Source: Verrucomicrobiales bacterium (GTDB lineage Bacteria > Verrucomicrobiota > Verrucomicrobiia > Limisphaerales > UBA9464). From it: a DNA stretch of 64,000 nucleotides. How positions within the stretch are numbered: the stretch's first letter is position 1; each line of letters begins with the position of its first letter. Where the stretch lies: the NCBI GenBank assembly GCA_027490985.1, contig JAIXXC010000269.1, positions 665-64,664 of the forward strand, written 5' to 3'. Positions 49,400-59,280 of this stretch are shown piece after piece. A program made the translations under genes and the position numbers. The notes under the pieces are model-generated. The model searched no databases. It was not told the origin of the DNA and was given only the letters and a program-made list of their open reading frames with translations.

Positions 49400-50767
49400 T
49401 CACTTGCCGGCGGATTCGACCACCAGTCGAACGCCCTCGCCCATGGCCCGCTCGAGCTTGGCCTTGGCCACCGTGTAGTCGCGCAACGCCTGGCTGTACT
49501 GGGTGCGCGACAACTTCAGGGCGGTCTGGGCCGAAAGCACCTCCAACTGCGTGCTGCTGCCCGCTTCGGCACGGGCCCCCACCAGACGCACCGCCTCTTC
49601 GGCCTGCTCGATGACCCGGGTTTGGGAGACCAACACCTCCTTGGATTCGGCGAAGAGGGAGAACGCCGTGCGAACCTCCAGCTCGATGCGCCGCCGGACA
49701 TCCTCGACCTCCAGGCGGGCCTTTTCTTCACGGGCGCGGGCCATGTCGACCTTGGCCCGGGTGCTTCCGAAATCGAACAGGAGCCAATTGGCCTGCACCC
49801 CCACCACCCATCCGTCGAGAGTCTGGTCGAGATCCCGGATGAAGTTCCGATTCTGGACGCCGTAACCCGCGGTGCCCGAGAGCGATGGCATCAGGTCGGC
49901 ACGGGTTTGGAGGACCTCCTCGTGGCGCAATCGGGAGGAGGTCTGGGCCACCTTGATCTCGGGACGCCGGATCCAAGCCGCATTCAGGGCGGAGCCCACC
50001 GAGATCTCGAACGGATCGGCCTTCAGGCTGTCGGCCGTCCGCAGCGGGATGTCGACCCCGGTGTCGGCCGGGATGTCGCACCCCAACAACACGGCCAGGG
50101 TGTTGCGGGCGATGCGCTCCTGGTTGCGGGCCCGGATCAACGGCGGCAGCGCGTTGGCCAATTCGACCTCGGCCCGTAGCACGTTGAACTTGGGCACGGT
50201 GCCCGCCTCGAGGCTTCTGCGCGCGTTCTCCAACTCCCGTTCGAGCAGTTTCTTGGAAGCCTCCTGCACGCCGATCTGCTCCACCGCCAAGAGCACGTCG
50301 GTGTAGGCCACGCGGACCTCCAGCAGCGTGTTGGCCACAAGCGCCTGGTAGGACGCCAAGGCCGATTCCCGCGTCAGTTTCGAAGAGCGCGCCATCGATT
50401 GGTATTTGCCGCCGGCGAAGATCGGCTGGGTGACCACCAGATTGGCGTTCCAACTCTGGTTGTTCATGAACGGGGTCGCCGGCTGGGACGCCGCGAACTG
50501 CACCCGTTCGATGCGCCCCTCATCGAGTTGCTGGTAGCTGCCGGTGGCGCCCAGGCGCGGCAGGCGCGCCGCACGTTGCTGGATGGAGAGCCCCTGGGCC
50601 TCCTCGAGATCCTGGCGCCCCTTGCGCAGGGTGACATTGTGCGTCAGGGCATGCTCGAGGGCTTGTTCCAGGGTCATCGGCCCCGACGGCAGGGGCACCG
50701 ATGGGGAACCGGGGGCCGCGGCCGAAAGACCCAGGCACAGCAGCGAAAGGAAGATGGCGGATTTCAT
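49400..50767 (-). CDS. TolC-family outer membrane efflux protein
   Basis: Signal peptide MKSAIFLSLLCLGLSAAA and duplicated OEP repeats with a coiled-coil pattern; 455 aa. Confidence 0.85.
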   Translation of the reverse strand: MKSAIFLSLLCLGLSAAAPGSPSVPLPSGPMTLEQALEHALTHNVTLRKGRQDLEEAQGLSIQQRAARLPRLGATGSYQQLDEGRIERVQFAASQPATPFMNNQSWNANLVVTQPIFAGGKYQSMARSSKLTRESALASYQALVANTLLEVRVAYTDVLLAVEQIGVQEASKKLLERELENARRSLEAGTVPKFNVLRAEVELANALPPLIRARNQERIARNTLAVLLGCDIPADTGVDIPLRTADSLKADPFEISVGSALNAAWIRRPEIKVAQTSSRLRHEEVLQTRADLMPSLSGTAGYGVQNRNFIRDLDQTLDGWVVGVQANWLLFDFGSTRAKVDMARAREEKARLEVEDVRRRIELEVRTAFSLFAESKEVLVSQTRVIEQAEEAVRLVGARAEAGSSTQLEVLSAQTALKLSRTQYSQALRDYTVAKAKLERAMGEGVRLVVESAGK

Positions 50768-50773
50768 GGAGAC

Positions 50774-51730
50774 TCAGGGGGCGGTGCGGGTCACGGACTG
50801 GGGACGTTGAATGAACACATCGACCTGCTGGCCGACATACACCGGGAATTCCGGGCGATCGAAGGCGTAGACGATCTGCAACACGCGGGTGTCCACGCGT
50901 TCCAGGCTGTCCCCGGTGAGGCTGCGCTTGGGGACCACGTAGGGTTCGATGCGGACGAACTTCAGCGGGATTTTCAGCTCCGAATGCCCCTTCAGGGAGG
51001 CCACGGCCGGGGAATCCCCGCCGATGAGCACGGCATCCTGTTCATCCACCTCGGCCCGCACCTGATAGGTGTCGACGTCGCCCAGGAGCATCAGCACGTC
51101 GGAGGCGGACTTGATGGAGGAATACTCGCCCTCCCGCAGATTGACCTGAAGGAGCCGACCATCCCGGGGCGCCCGAACCGTGAGAATCTCCAGATCGGTC
51201 TGTGCCTGGCGCACCGCCTCTTCGGAAACGGCCGCCGCCGCGAGGGTGGCCGATGCGCGGGCCTTGGCCGTGGCCAGTGAGAATTCACGCCGCTTGACCT
51301 CGTCTTCGGTGGCCACTTGGTCGCGGCCGAGTTGGGCGAAGCGCTTCAACTGATCGGCCAGATCGGCGATCAAGGCCTCGTCGACCGCGATCTGGGAGTG
51401 CAGGGATTTGGCCTGCGCCTCGAGCAACCGGATCCGGGCACGGACCTCGCGGTCGTCCAACTGGAAGAGCGCAGCGCCCGCTTTCACCGAATCACCGACC
51501 TTCACCAGCACCCGGGTCACCACCCCTTCCCGAGGGGAGGCGATCTTCACATTCTCGCGGGAGGCCTCGATCAACCCGGTCGACGCCACGGTCCGGGTGT
51601 AGGGGGAGCGCGGCGGCTCCGAGACCGGCCCCGGATCGGGGACCTTGGCGTTCTGCCCCTTGAGCAGGACGATCGCGGCCCCGAGGCCGCACAGGGCCAA
51701 CCAGAACGAAAAGCGTTTGAGGAGGATCAT
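50774..51730 (-). CDS. HlyD/RND-adaptor-family periplasmic membrane fusion protein (DevB/MacA-like)
   Basis: TM anchor MILLKRFSFWLALCGLGAAIVLL, then lipoyl, coiled-coil and beta-barrel segments. The start is set at ATG 51730, 7 nt after the upstream ATPase stop; the track ORF extends to 51793. Confidence 0.8.
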   Translation of the reverse strand: MILLKRFSFWLALCGLGAAIVLLKGQNAKVPDPGPVSEPPRSPYTRTVASTGLIEASRENVKIASPREGVVTRVLVKVGDSVKAGAALFQLDDREVRARIRLLEAQAKSLHSQIAVDEALIADLADQLKRFAQLGRDQVATEDEVKRREFSLATAKARASATLAAAAVSEEAVRQAQTDLEILTVRAPRDGRLLQVNLREGEYSSIKSASDVLMLLGDVDTYQVRAEVDEQDAVLIGGDSPAVASLKGHSELKIPLKFVRIEPYVVPKRSLTGDSLERVDTRVLQIVYAFDRPEFPVYVGQQVDVFIQRPQSVTRTAP

Positions 51731-51737
51731 TGGGAAA

Positions 51738-52502
51738 TCAGGAACGGGTTTCGGCGTGGATGAAGGCGGCGAGGGAGTCTCCCGAGTGGACACCGGTCAC
51801 CCGACCATCCTCCATCTCACTGATGCGGTCGGCATAGCCGTAAACCCGAGGATCGTGGGTGACGATGAGCACGCTGCGCCCGGGCGCCCGGGCGGCTCCG
51901 CTCAACAAGTCCATGATCTGGTGGCCGGTCACCGAATCGAGGGCACTGGTGGGTTCGTCGCAGATCACCAACCGCGGCTCGTGCACGAGGGCCCGGGCGA
52001 TGGCGACGCGCTGCTGCTGCCCGCCCGAGAGCTGGGTCGGCCGCTGGCGCTCACGCCCGGCCAGGCCCACCTGCTTCAGCCGTTCGGCCGCCTTGGCTTC
52101 GGCCTCGTGGCGTCCGGTGCCGTTGAGCAGCAGGGGCACGCTGACGTTCTCGACCAGCGAGAGCGTGGGGATGAGGTTGAACTGCTGGAAGATGAAGCCG
52201 ATGTGGCGGCATCGGAACCGGGTCACCTGCGAGGCCGCCAGGCCCGTCAACCGGGTGCCCAGCACGCTGACCTCGCCCTGATCGCTTTCGAGGGTGCCAG
52301 CCAGCACACTCAGCAAGGTCGTCTTGCCGCAGCCCGACGGGCCCACGATGAGGTGCAACTCGCCCTCGAGCGCCGTGAAATCGGTCCCTTTCAAGGCCTG
52401 CGTCCGCGCATCGCCCACGCCGAACGCCTTGACGATGCCCCGCGCGGAGACGGCCAATCGGTCGGTCGATGGAGACGGCGGGGCGGTGTTCACGGGTTTC
52501 AA
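51738..52502 (-). CDS. ABC transporter ATP-binding protein (DevA/MacB-ATPase/LolD type)
   Basis: Walker [12 protein letters not shown], signature LSGGQQQR, Walker B LVICDEPTSALD. The start is TTG 52502 (GAGGA 9 nt upstream) or GTG 52493. Track ORF 51738-53141 is over-extended into the permease gene. Confidence 0.85.
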   Translation of the reverse strand: MKPVNTAPPSPSTDRLAVSARGIVKAFGVGDARTQALKGTDFTALEGELHLIVGPSGCGKTTLLSVLAGTLESDQGEVSVLGTRLTGLAASQVTRFRCRHIGFIFQQFNLIPTLSLVENVSVPLLLNGTGRHEAEAKAAERLKQVGLAGRERQRPTQLSGGQQQRVAIARALVHEPRLVICDEPTSALDSVTGHQIMDLLSGAARAPGRSVLIVTHDPRVYGYADRISEMEDGRVTGVHSGDSLAAFIHAETRS

Positions 52503-52525
52503 CAGGGGGGATCCTCGAAAATCGG

Positions 52526-53671
52526 TCAACCGCGGAACACGATCGCCGGCTCCAGCTTGGCGACACGCCGGATGCCGAAGAGGGCCGCCAAGGCGCAGAT
52601 GAGCAGTACCGCGCCCATGGCCTGGACGATGAAACCGGCATCGATCTTGAAGGGAGGCTGACCGCTCTTGGCGATCGTCAATCCGAAGAGGGCGGTCAGT
52701 CCGATGCCGATGCCGAAACCGATGACCCCCACGGTCATCGACTGAAGCAGGAGCATCGCGGCCAACAGCCCATTGCTCGCCCCCATCGCCTTGAGGGCCC
52801 CGAGATTCCTCAGATTTTCCAGGACGAACGAATAGAAGGTCTGACCGCAGATGGCCACCCCCACGACAAAGCCCAGAATGATGGTCGTCAGGAAGGAGAT
52901 TGGAATGCCCGTGTTGGTCCAGACCCAACGCAATGTGGCCTTCTCCATCTGCGGCACCGTGAAGGCGCGGAGCCCGGTTTCGGCCGTGATGCGCCGGACC
53001 ACCTCGGCCTCGTCGAGGCCGGGCTTGGGTTCGGCCAGAATCATGGAAAGCATCTTGCGCTGACGCGGCGCGTACTGGAGCGCCTGATCGTAGCTCGAGA
53101 ACACGTAGGGATAACCGAAGAAGTGCCTCTCGGTCTGGCAAATGCCCACCACACGGGCCTCCCGATCATTGATCTCGAAGGTGTCCCCGATGCGCAGCGG
53201 GCGTCCCATTCCGGCTCCCAACCGAGTCATCTCGGCGGCGAGGGTGTCGATGACCACCGCATTCGGAAGGCGCAATTGGGTGATGTCGCCCTCGATCATC
53301 CGGGGCGGACGACCAAAGAGGGTCCCCGAATGGAGTCCGATCATCTGGATCATCTTGTCGGAACCGTCCGGCGCCCGGGCCTTCAACACCCCCTGGAACA
53401 GGGGAACCGCGAAATCCACCCCATCGACCGAGCGCACCCGATTCAGGTCGGTGTCGCGCATGGCCTTGGTTTCATTGACTTGATCGACACGGGCTTCGAC
53501 CACCCAGATCGACGCCCGCATGTTGCGCATGTGGCTGGTGGTCCATGCCAAAAGCCCCTGGAACACCGAATACTGCTGAGTCATCAGAAGCGATGAAAAG
53601 GCCAGGCCACCGACCAGCATCAGGTACTTGGCTCGGTCACCCAGCAGCATTTTCAGGGCTAGAAGAAACAT
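52526..53671 (-). CDS. ABC transporter permease, FtsX-domain (DevC/MacB-like)
   Basis: 381 aa. N-terminal TM segment, a large periplasmic loop, and three C-terminal TM segments. N-terminus MFLLALKMLLGDRAKYLMLVGGLAF is typical of DevC-type permeases. Confidence 0.85.
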   Translation of the reverse strand: MFLLALKMLLGDRAKYLMLVGGLAFSSLLMTQQYSVFQGLLAWTTSHMRNMRASIWVVEARVDQVNETKAMRDTDLNRVRSVDGVDFAVPLFQGVLKARAPDGSDKMIQMIGLHSGTLFGRPPRMIEGDITQLRLPNAVVIDTLAAEMTRLGAGMGRPLRIGDTFEINDREARVVGICQTERHFFGYPYVFSSYDQALQYAPRQRKMLSMILAEPKPGLDEAEVVRRITAETGLRAFTVPQMEKATLRWVWTNTGIPISFLTTIILGFVVGVAICGQTFYSFVLENLRNLGALKAMGASNGLLAAMLLLQSMTVGVIGFGIGIGLTALFGLTIAKSGQPPFKIDAGFIVQAMGAVLLICALAALFGIRRVAKLEPAIVFRG

Positions 53672-53933
53672 GATTCAGGCGGCACGGCGGCAACAAATGA
53701 AACCGGTGCCCCCGTCGGTGGCACCCATCGGAGGCCCACCGAAGGACGACCCCGGCAACGCAGCTACCTTTCCGCCAGAAGATCATCAGCGTCAAACCGG
53801 CATTGGTGACAACTCGTACCGGTCTTATCGCTGATCCGACCGCAGGCCCGACCAGAGTTTTTCACAGAGTGCCGACATTTCGCAGAGTGGCGGTTGCCCA
53901 CACCGGGGTCATTACCTACTTTGGCCGTCATCC

Positions 53934-55325
53934 ATGATCGGAGACCTGTTTCACAAAGCCTACATCGTGTTTGCGGTACTGTTCTTCTTCGGTGCCTCCG
54001 TGTTCGTCCACGAATACGGGCACTTTTGGATGGCCCGCCTGCGCAAGATGGTGGTGCTGGGGTTCTCCATCGGATTCGGCCCCAAGATCGTGGGATGGAT
54101 GGACCGACACGGCGTCGAGTGGGCGGTGCGTTGGATTCCGGCCGGCGGGTTCGTGAAACTCCCGCAAATGCTCACCTCCGAGGCCATCGAGGGATCGGCC
54201 GACCCTGCGATCGCCCCGGCCTCGCCCGTCTCTCGGATCTGGGTCGCCCTGGCCGGCCCCGCGATGAACCTGCTCTTCGCCTTGGCCATCGCCAGCGTCA
54301 TCTGGTGGGTCGGCCTGCCGGTTCCGGTCAATCCGCCCATCATCGGCTACGTCGAGCCCGATTCGGCCGAGGCCCGGATGGGCATCCGCGAGGGAGACCG
54401 CATTGTCCGGGTCGACGGCAAGACCGTGAAACGGTGGCAGGACGTGCAGCGCTTCACGGTGCTGGCCCGTTCCCAGACCATTCCCGTCGAGATCGCGCGC
54501 GGAGAATCCGTCTCCAACTACGTGCTCACGGCCACCGTGAACCCCACCTTCGGTCTCAAACTCCTCAATCTCGACCCCAAAGACCATCCCGTGATCATGG
54601 ACCTGTCCAGCGGCGGTGCGGCCCAGGAGGCCGGTCTGGCCGTGAACGATCAGTTCGTGTCGTTCGGCGGGGTGCCCGTCGTGGGTCAGGCCCAATTGGT
54701 GGACCTCATCCGGGCGCGCAAAGATCAGCCGGCCCGAGTGGAAGTGCAGCGGGGCCCACAGCGCCTGGCCTTCACAGTGACCCCGCGCATCGACCCCGCC
54801 ACCGGAGTCGGCCGCATCGGCGTGACGATCTCGCCGAGTCGGGTGCTCACCTACCAACTGCAACGCCCCGGACCCACTCCCTGGGAACAGATCTCCGGCG
54901 TGGTGATCCAGATGGGGGAGTTGGTCGGCGCGTTGGCGCACTCCAAGGAAACCGGCGTCAGCGCCAAGGACATGAGCGGGCCCGTGGGCATCTTCGGCAA
55001 ACTGGCCGCCGACGTGAATGCCGACATCCGGCTGGCTCTGAGCTTCCTCGTCATGCTGAACATCAATCTGGCCATCATCAACCTGCTGCCCATCCCGGTT
55101 CTCGACGGTGGCCACATCACCATGGCCCTCTACGAGCTGATCACCCGACGCCGGGTCGCTCCGCGCTTCCAGGAGATCGCCACCTCGGCCTTCGCCGTGG
55201 TTTTGCTGAGCTTCATGGCCTATGTGTCGTTCTTCGATGTGGTGAAGCGGGGTCCCTTGTTCAAGGCCATGTTCCGTCAGGAAACCGTCATCGAGAACAG
55301 CGTTCCGCAGACGCCGGCTCCGTGA
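53934..55325 (+). CDS. rseP: RIP metalloprotease RseP (site-2 protease, M50)
   Basis: HEYGHFWMAR (HExxH), PDZ segments, and the C-terminal LNINLAIINLLPIPVLDGG motif. Confidence 0.95.
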   Translation: MIGDLFHKAYIVFAVLFFFGASVFVHEYGHFWMARLRKMVVLGFSIGFGPKIVGWMDRHGVEWAVRWIPAGGFVKLPQMLTSEAIEGSADPAIAPASPVSRIWVALAGPAMNLLFALAIASVIWWVGLPVPVNPPIIGYVEPDSAEARMGIREGDRIVRVDGKTVKRWQDVQRFTVLARSQTIPVEIARGESVSNYVLTATVNPTFGLKLLNLDPKDHPVIMDLSSGGAAQEAGLAVNDQFVSFGGVPVVGQAQLVDLIRARKDQPARVEVQRGPQRLAFTVTPRIDPATGVGRIGVTISPSRVLTYQLQRPGPTPWEQISGVVIQMGELVGALAHSKETGVSAKDMSGPVGIFGKLAADVNADIRLALSFLVMLNINLAIINLLPIPVLDGGHITMALYELITRRRVAPRFQEIATSAFAVVLLSFMAYVSFFDVVKRGPLFKAMFRQETVIENSVPQTPAP

Positions 55326-55398
55326 GCGGGCCCGCCGATCGATTCTGCCCAGCGTTGACGACCCCGGTCGCCTTCCCGTTTATTCACCCCTGCGTTTC

Positions 55399-57168
55399 AT
55401 GAAGTATTGCCCTTCCCCCTGGAGTTACAGCCGCCGACCGGTCCGTGAAGTCACCGTGGGCGACCCGGCGCGCGGCGGCGTGGTGCTCGGGGGCACCCAC
55501 CCCGTGGTCAAGCAGTCGATGCTGACCTGCGACACCATGGACACGGCCGAGTGCGTCCGTCAGACCCTCGAACTGGTGGCCGTGGGTTGCCAGATCGTCC
55601 GCATCACGGCCCCCACGGTGAAGGACGCGGCCAACCTCGAGAACATCGTCCGCGCATTGCGGGAGCAGGACTGCCATGTGCCGCTGGTGGCCGACATCCA
55701 CTTCAAGCCGGAGGCGGCGATGGAGGCCGTCAAGTGGGTCGAAAAGGTCCGCATCAACCCGGGCAACTACGCCGACAGCAAGAAGTTCGCGATCAAGGAA
55801 TACACCGATGAAGCCTATGCCGCCGAATTGGCGCGCATCGAGGAGCGCTTCACCCCGCTGGTCCTCGAGGCCCAGCGTTTGGGACGAGCGCTGCGCATCG
55901 GCACCAACCACGGCTCCTTGAGCGACCGGATCATGAACCGGTATGGCGATTCTCCGCTCGGCATGGTGGAAAGCGCCCTCGAATTCGCCCGGATCTGCCG
56001 CAAACACGACTTCCACAACTTCGTGTTCTCGATGAAGTCGTCGAACCCGAAGGTGATGATCGAGTGCTACCGACTCCTGGCCGCCCGGCTGGAGTTGGAG
56101 GGGCCTGATTGGAATTACCCGCTGCACCTCGGCGTGACCGAGGCCGGCGAAGGCGAAGATGGTCGGATCAAGTCGGCCATCGGCATCGGTTCCCTGCTCT
56201 GCGACGGCATCGGCGACACCATCCGCGTTTCACTCACCGAGGACAGCCCCCGGGAGATCGCCGTCTGCAACGATCTCCTGGCCCAGATCCCCCTGTTGAC
56301 CGGCAGCCACGCCTCGGTGGGCAACCCCGCCCTGCCCTGGGATCCGTTCAATTTCAAACGGCGCGAGTCGGTCGCGTCACCCCTGGGAGATCTCCCGGCG
56401 GGCGCCGAGAACCTCGTTCGCGTGGTGGTCGAACGCACCACCTTCGAGACGGTGGCTCCCAAGATTTCCGTCAAGGCCGATGTCCGTCCCGAAGCCGTCT
56501 ACGAAGACCTCAACCTCATGGAGGTGGATCCTCTGGCCGAATGGCCCCACCCCCCGTGCGAGACCCAGTGGATCACCGTTCGCGATGGCGTGACCCTGCC
56601 GCCGATCACGGCCTTTCGCCTGTTGGCCGTCCGCTTGGCGGCACTCGGCAGCCGGAATCCCATCCTGCTCAAAGACAGACTCATCGCGCCCCGCCAAGCG
56701 CTGAGCCCGGAGGCGGCCCAATTGCAGGCGGCGGTCAATCTGGGATCCCTGCTGGCCGATGGCCTCGGGGATGCGATCCTGGTGCGTTCCGAGCCCGGAG
56801 CCGGGCAATCCCTGCGACTGGCCTTCAACATCCTGCAGGCCGCGGGTTGCCGTTCGTTCAAGACCGACTACGTGGCCTGCCCCAGCTGCGGCCGAACCCT
56901 CTTCAACCTCCAGACGGTCACGGCCCGGATCAAAGCCCGCACCGACCACCTCAAGGGCGTGAAGATCGCCATCATGGGGTGCATCGTGAACGGCCCCGGC
57001 GAAATGGCCGATGCCGATTTCGGCTATGTGGGCGGCGCCCCCAACAAGATCAACCTCTACGTCGGCAAGAAACCGGTGCGATTCAACATCCCCGAAGACG
57101 AGGCCGTAGAGCGCTTGGTCGACCTGATCCGCGAACACGGCAAGTGGCGGGATCCCGAGGTGGCGTAG
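55399..57168 (+). CDS. ispG: 4-hydroxy-3-methylbut-2-en-1-yl diphosphate synthase IspG (long form with inserted domain)
   Basis: IVRITAPTVKDA, PLVADIHF, the TIM-barrel half, an inserted middle region, and the C-terminal 4Fe-4S domain CPSCGRT...GCIVNGPGE. Confidence 0.95.
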   Translation: MKYCPSPWSYSRRPVREVTVGDPARGGVVLGGTHPVVKQSMLTCDTMDTAECVRQTLELVAVGCQIVRITAPTVKDAANLENIVRALREQDCHVPLVADIHFKPEAAMEAVKWVEKVRINPGNYADSKKFAIKEYTDEAYAAELARIEERFTPLVLEAQRLGRALRIGTNHGSLSDRIMNRYGDSPLGMVESALEFARICRKHDFHNFVFSMKSSNPKVMIECYRLLAARLELEGPDWNYPLHLGVTEAGEGEDGRIKSAIGIGSLLCDGIGDTIRVSLTEDSPREIAVCNDLLAQIPLLTGSHASVGNPALPWDPFNFKRRESVASPLGDLPAGAENLVRVVVERTTFETVAPKISVKADVRPEAVYEDLNLMEVDPLAEWPHPPCETQWITVRDGVTLPPITAFRLLAVRLAALGSRNPILLKDRLIAPRQALSPEAAQLQAAVNLGSLLADGLGDAILVRSEPGAGQSLRLAFNILQAAGCRSFKTDYVACPSCGRTLFNLQTVTARIKARTDHLKGVKIAIMGCIVNGPGEMADADFGYVGGAPNKINLYVGKKPVRFNIPEDEAVERLVDLIREHGKWRDPEVA

Positions 57169-57386
57169 AGGCCCTGATGGCCATGGGAGCCAAGGTGGCC
57201 ATCGCCACCGAGGGTCCAGATACGGGGCGCGAAAGAGACCGAATGCCCGTCGGCGTCCGGGGATTCCAGCAGGCCCCGGTTCAGCCCTGAATTGATGAGC
57301 CGCACCCCGGTTTCCGACAGGGACACCGGGCGCCTCGAACAGGGCGGCGGGTGCGATCCGTGTGCCCTATCCGCCCCGATGCCCAC

Positions 57387-57818
57387 TCAGGGCCAGATCT
57401 GGTACAGCACCAGATACACCAGCACCCCGGTCACGGACACGTACATCCAGATGGGCCAGGTCCAGCGGGCGATCTTCTTGTGACGCTCCAGATCTCCGGC
57501 GTGCGCACGCCGCAGGGTGATCAGTGCCAACACGGGCACGGCAGCCGCGAGCAGGATGTGGGAGAACAGCATGCCGTAATACCACGGCCGCAGGACCTCC
57601 GGCCCCTTGAACGGCGTGTGGACCGACCGCAGCAGATACTTGTGCACGAGATACAGGACCAGGAAGACGCACGACGTGACGAAGGCGGCCACCATGCACT
57701 TGCGATGGGCCTCACGGCGTCCCGCCTTGATGTGGATCAGGCCGGCCACCAGAAGGATCGCGGCCACCCCGTTGAGGGAGGCATTGATCAGGGGCAACAG
57801 GTTCGTGGACGGGTTCAT
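57387..57818 (-). CDS. DUF420 membrane protein (oxidase-associated)
   Basis: 143 aa with 4 TM segments. LPLINASLNGVAAILLVAGLIHIKAGRREAHRKCM is typical of DUF420. ATGA overlap with the SCO1 stop. Confidence 0.8.
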   Translation of the reverse strand: MNPSTNLLPLINASLNGVAAILLVAGLIHIKAGRREAHRKCMVAAFVTSCVFLVLYLVHKYLLRSVHTPFKGPEVLRPWYYGMLFSHILLAAAVPVLALITLRRAHAGDLERHKKIARWTWPIWMYVSVTGVLVYLVLYQIWP

Positions 57819-58414
57819 AGAATGCCTTTGAGACGCTTGACCGAGCGGAGGACCTGATCCTCGGCATCGGGATCTTCACTGTGGACGATGAAGCGCAACC
57901 GCCCCTCGGAGTCGACGATCCCGAAGTCGGCCGAATGGATGAACAAATCCTCCAGCCGGGCCGAGCGGTCTCCGGATTCGACCACCGCGAATTTGAGGTC
58001 GTTCACCGCCACCCGATAGACCTCGGATTTGGCTCCGGTGAGCATCCACCATGTCTCCGCGGAGGCTTGGTACTCGAGCCCATAGCGCTTCAGCACCTCG
58101 GGTGTGTCGAATTCGGGATCGGCCGTCAGCGTGATCAACCGCACCCCGGAGGGAATCCGAGACTGGATGCGCTGCATCTGGCTGGACAACCGGCGACACT
58201 GGGTCGGACAGCGGGAGAACACCACATTCACCACACTGATGCGTCCGCGCAACGAATCCCGGGTCACCGGGACCCCCAGCTGGTTGGTCAACGAAAAGTC
58301 CTGAAGCCGACTCAAGACCGGGGGCGGCTTCGGAGAAAGCACAAAGGCCACCGCGACGGTCAGCAAGCTGACGATCAGGGTTGCCCACAATGCCCTTTGG
58401 ATGAACGACTGCAT
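57815..58414 (-). CDS. SCO1/SenC copper chaperone
   Basis: Thioredoxin fold with the CxxxC copper site VVFSRCPTQC. The start is ATG 58414 (MQSFIQRALWATLIV...) or TTG 58426 as in the track. Confidence 0.9.
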   Translation of the reverse strand: MQSFIQRALWATLIVSLLTVAVAFVLSPKPPPVLSRLQDFSLTNQLGVPVTRDSLRGRISVVNVVFSRCPTQCRRLSSQMQRIQSRIPSGVRLITLTADPEFDTPEVLKRYGLEYQASAETWWMLTGAKSEVYRVAVNDLKFAVVESGDRSARLEDLFIHSADFGIVDSEGRLRFIVHSEDPDAEDQVLRSVKRLKGIL

Positions 58415-58424
58415 CTCGTGGATC

Positions 58425-58459
58425 AAAAAAAACGGCCGCCGGTCTCAAACCAGCGGCCG
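58425..58459 (-). terminator. Intrinsic terminator-like hairpin plus U8 tract between the oxidase subunit II gene and SCO1
   Basis: On the minus strand, CGGCCGCTGGT-ttgag-ACCGGCGGCCG (11 pairs, 1 mismatch) is followed by TTTTTTTT. It starts 24 nt after the subunit II stop and ends 10 nt before ATG 58414. Confidence 0.6.
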
Positions 58460-58483
58460 AACTGGTCGGTCGGACCGGAACCC

Positions 58484-59257
58484 TTATTCGAAGCTGCCAC
58501 CGCCGCCACCGGCCTTGGACTTCTCGGCGAACCACTTGTCGTAGTCGGCCTGGGAAACCACCTTGAACACACCCTTCATCGAGGCGTGTCCGTTGCCGCA
58601 CAGCTGGGCGCAGGTGATGGTGTAATCACCCTCTTTGGTGGGCGTGAAATGCACCGGAATGGACAACCCGGGAATCACGTCCTGGGTCACCCGCATGGAG
58701 GGCACCTTGAAGCAATGGATGACATCCATGCTCGACATCTTGGCGATCACGGGCCGATTGACCGGGAGCAGGAAGGCCTCGGTCACCACCGAAATGTCGT
58801 CCTTGGCATCCGCATCGCTCGTGTCGAGGCCGAACGGATTGCCGCGATCGGCGAACTGGGTGTCCTGCTTGCCCCACTTGCCGTCGGTGCCCGGGAAATG
58901 AGCCGCCCAAGCGAATTGCTGCGCCATCACCTGGATTTCGATGGGCTTTTCGCTGGCACCCGGCGGGTTGTCCACGGCCTTGGCCCAGAGAGGCACGGCC
59001 AAGCCGACCAGCAGCACCGCCTCGACCAGCGCCACACCGATCTCGAGGTACGTGGAGGCATGGGAACGGGCTCCGACGTAGTCGGCCTTGGGGTTGGAGG
59101 ATTTGTTGAATCGCACCATCACCAAGAGGAAGTATCCGAGCCATCCCACGAACAAGGCCCCCATCAGGAGGTGCACGTACAGGATCAGTTCATCGATACC
59201 CTTACCATGGGCCGAGGCCACCTCGGGCATTCCCAAATAACGCAGTAGAGAGGTCAT
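58484..59257 (-). CDS. ctaC: Cytochrome c oxidase subunit II (CuA; no fused cytochrome c domain)
   Basis: Two N-terminal TM segments and CuA ligands DVIHCF ... CAQLCGNGHASM. Confidence 0.95.
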   Translation of the reverse strand: MTSLLRYLGMPEVASAHGKGIDELILYVHLLMGALFVGWLGYFLLVMVRFNKSSNPKADYVGARSHASTYLEIGVALVEAVLLVGLAVPLWAKAVDNPPGASEKPIEIQVMAQQFAWAAHFPGTDGKWGKQDTQFADRGNPFGLDTSDADAKDDISVVTEAFLLPVNRPVIAKMSSMDVIHCFKVPSMRVTQDVIPGLSIPVHFTPTKEGDYTITCAQLCGNGHASMKGVFKVVSQADYDKWFAEKSKAGGGGGSFE

Positions 59258-59280
59258 GTATTTCCGAAAACGGGTTGAAA

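Noticed and set aside
57057-57386. 109-aa - strand ORF and a 38-codon + strand ORF in the 220-nt ispG-DUF420 convergent spacer
   Set aside because: There are no recognisable motifs, the - strand ORF overlaps the ispG 3' end, and the composition is typical of a GC artefact. A gene remnant cannot be excluded, but nothing supports one.
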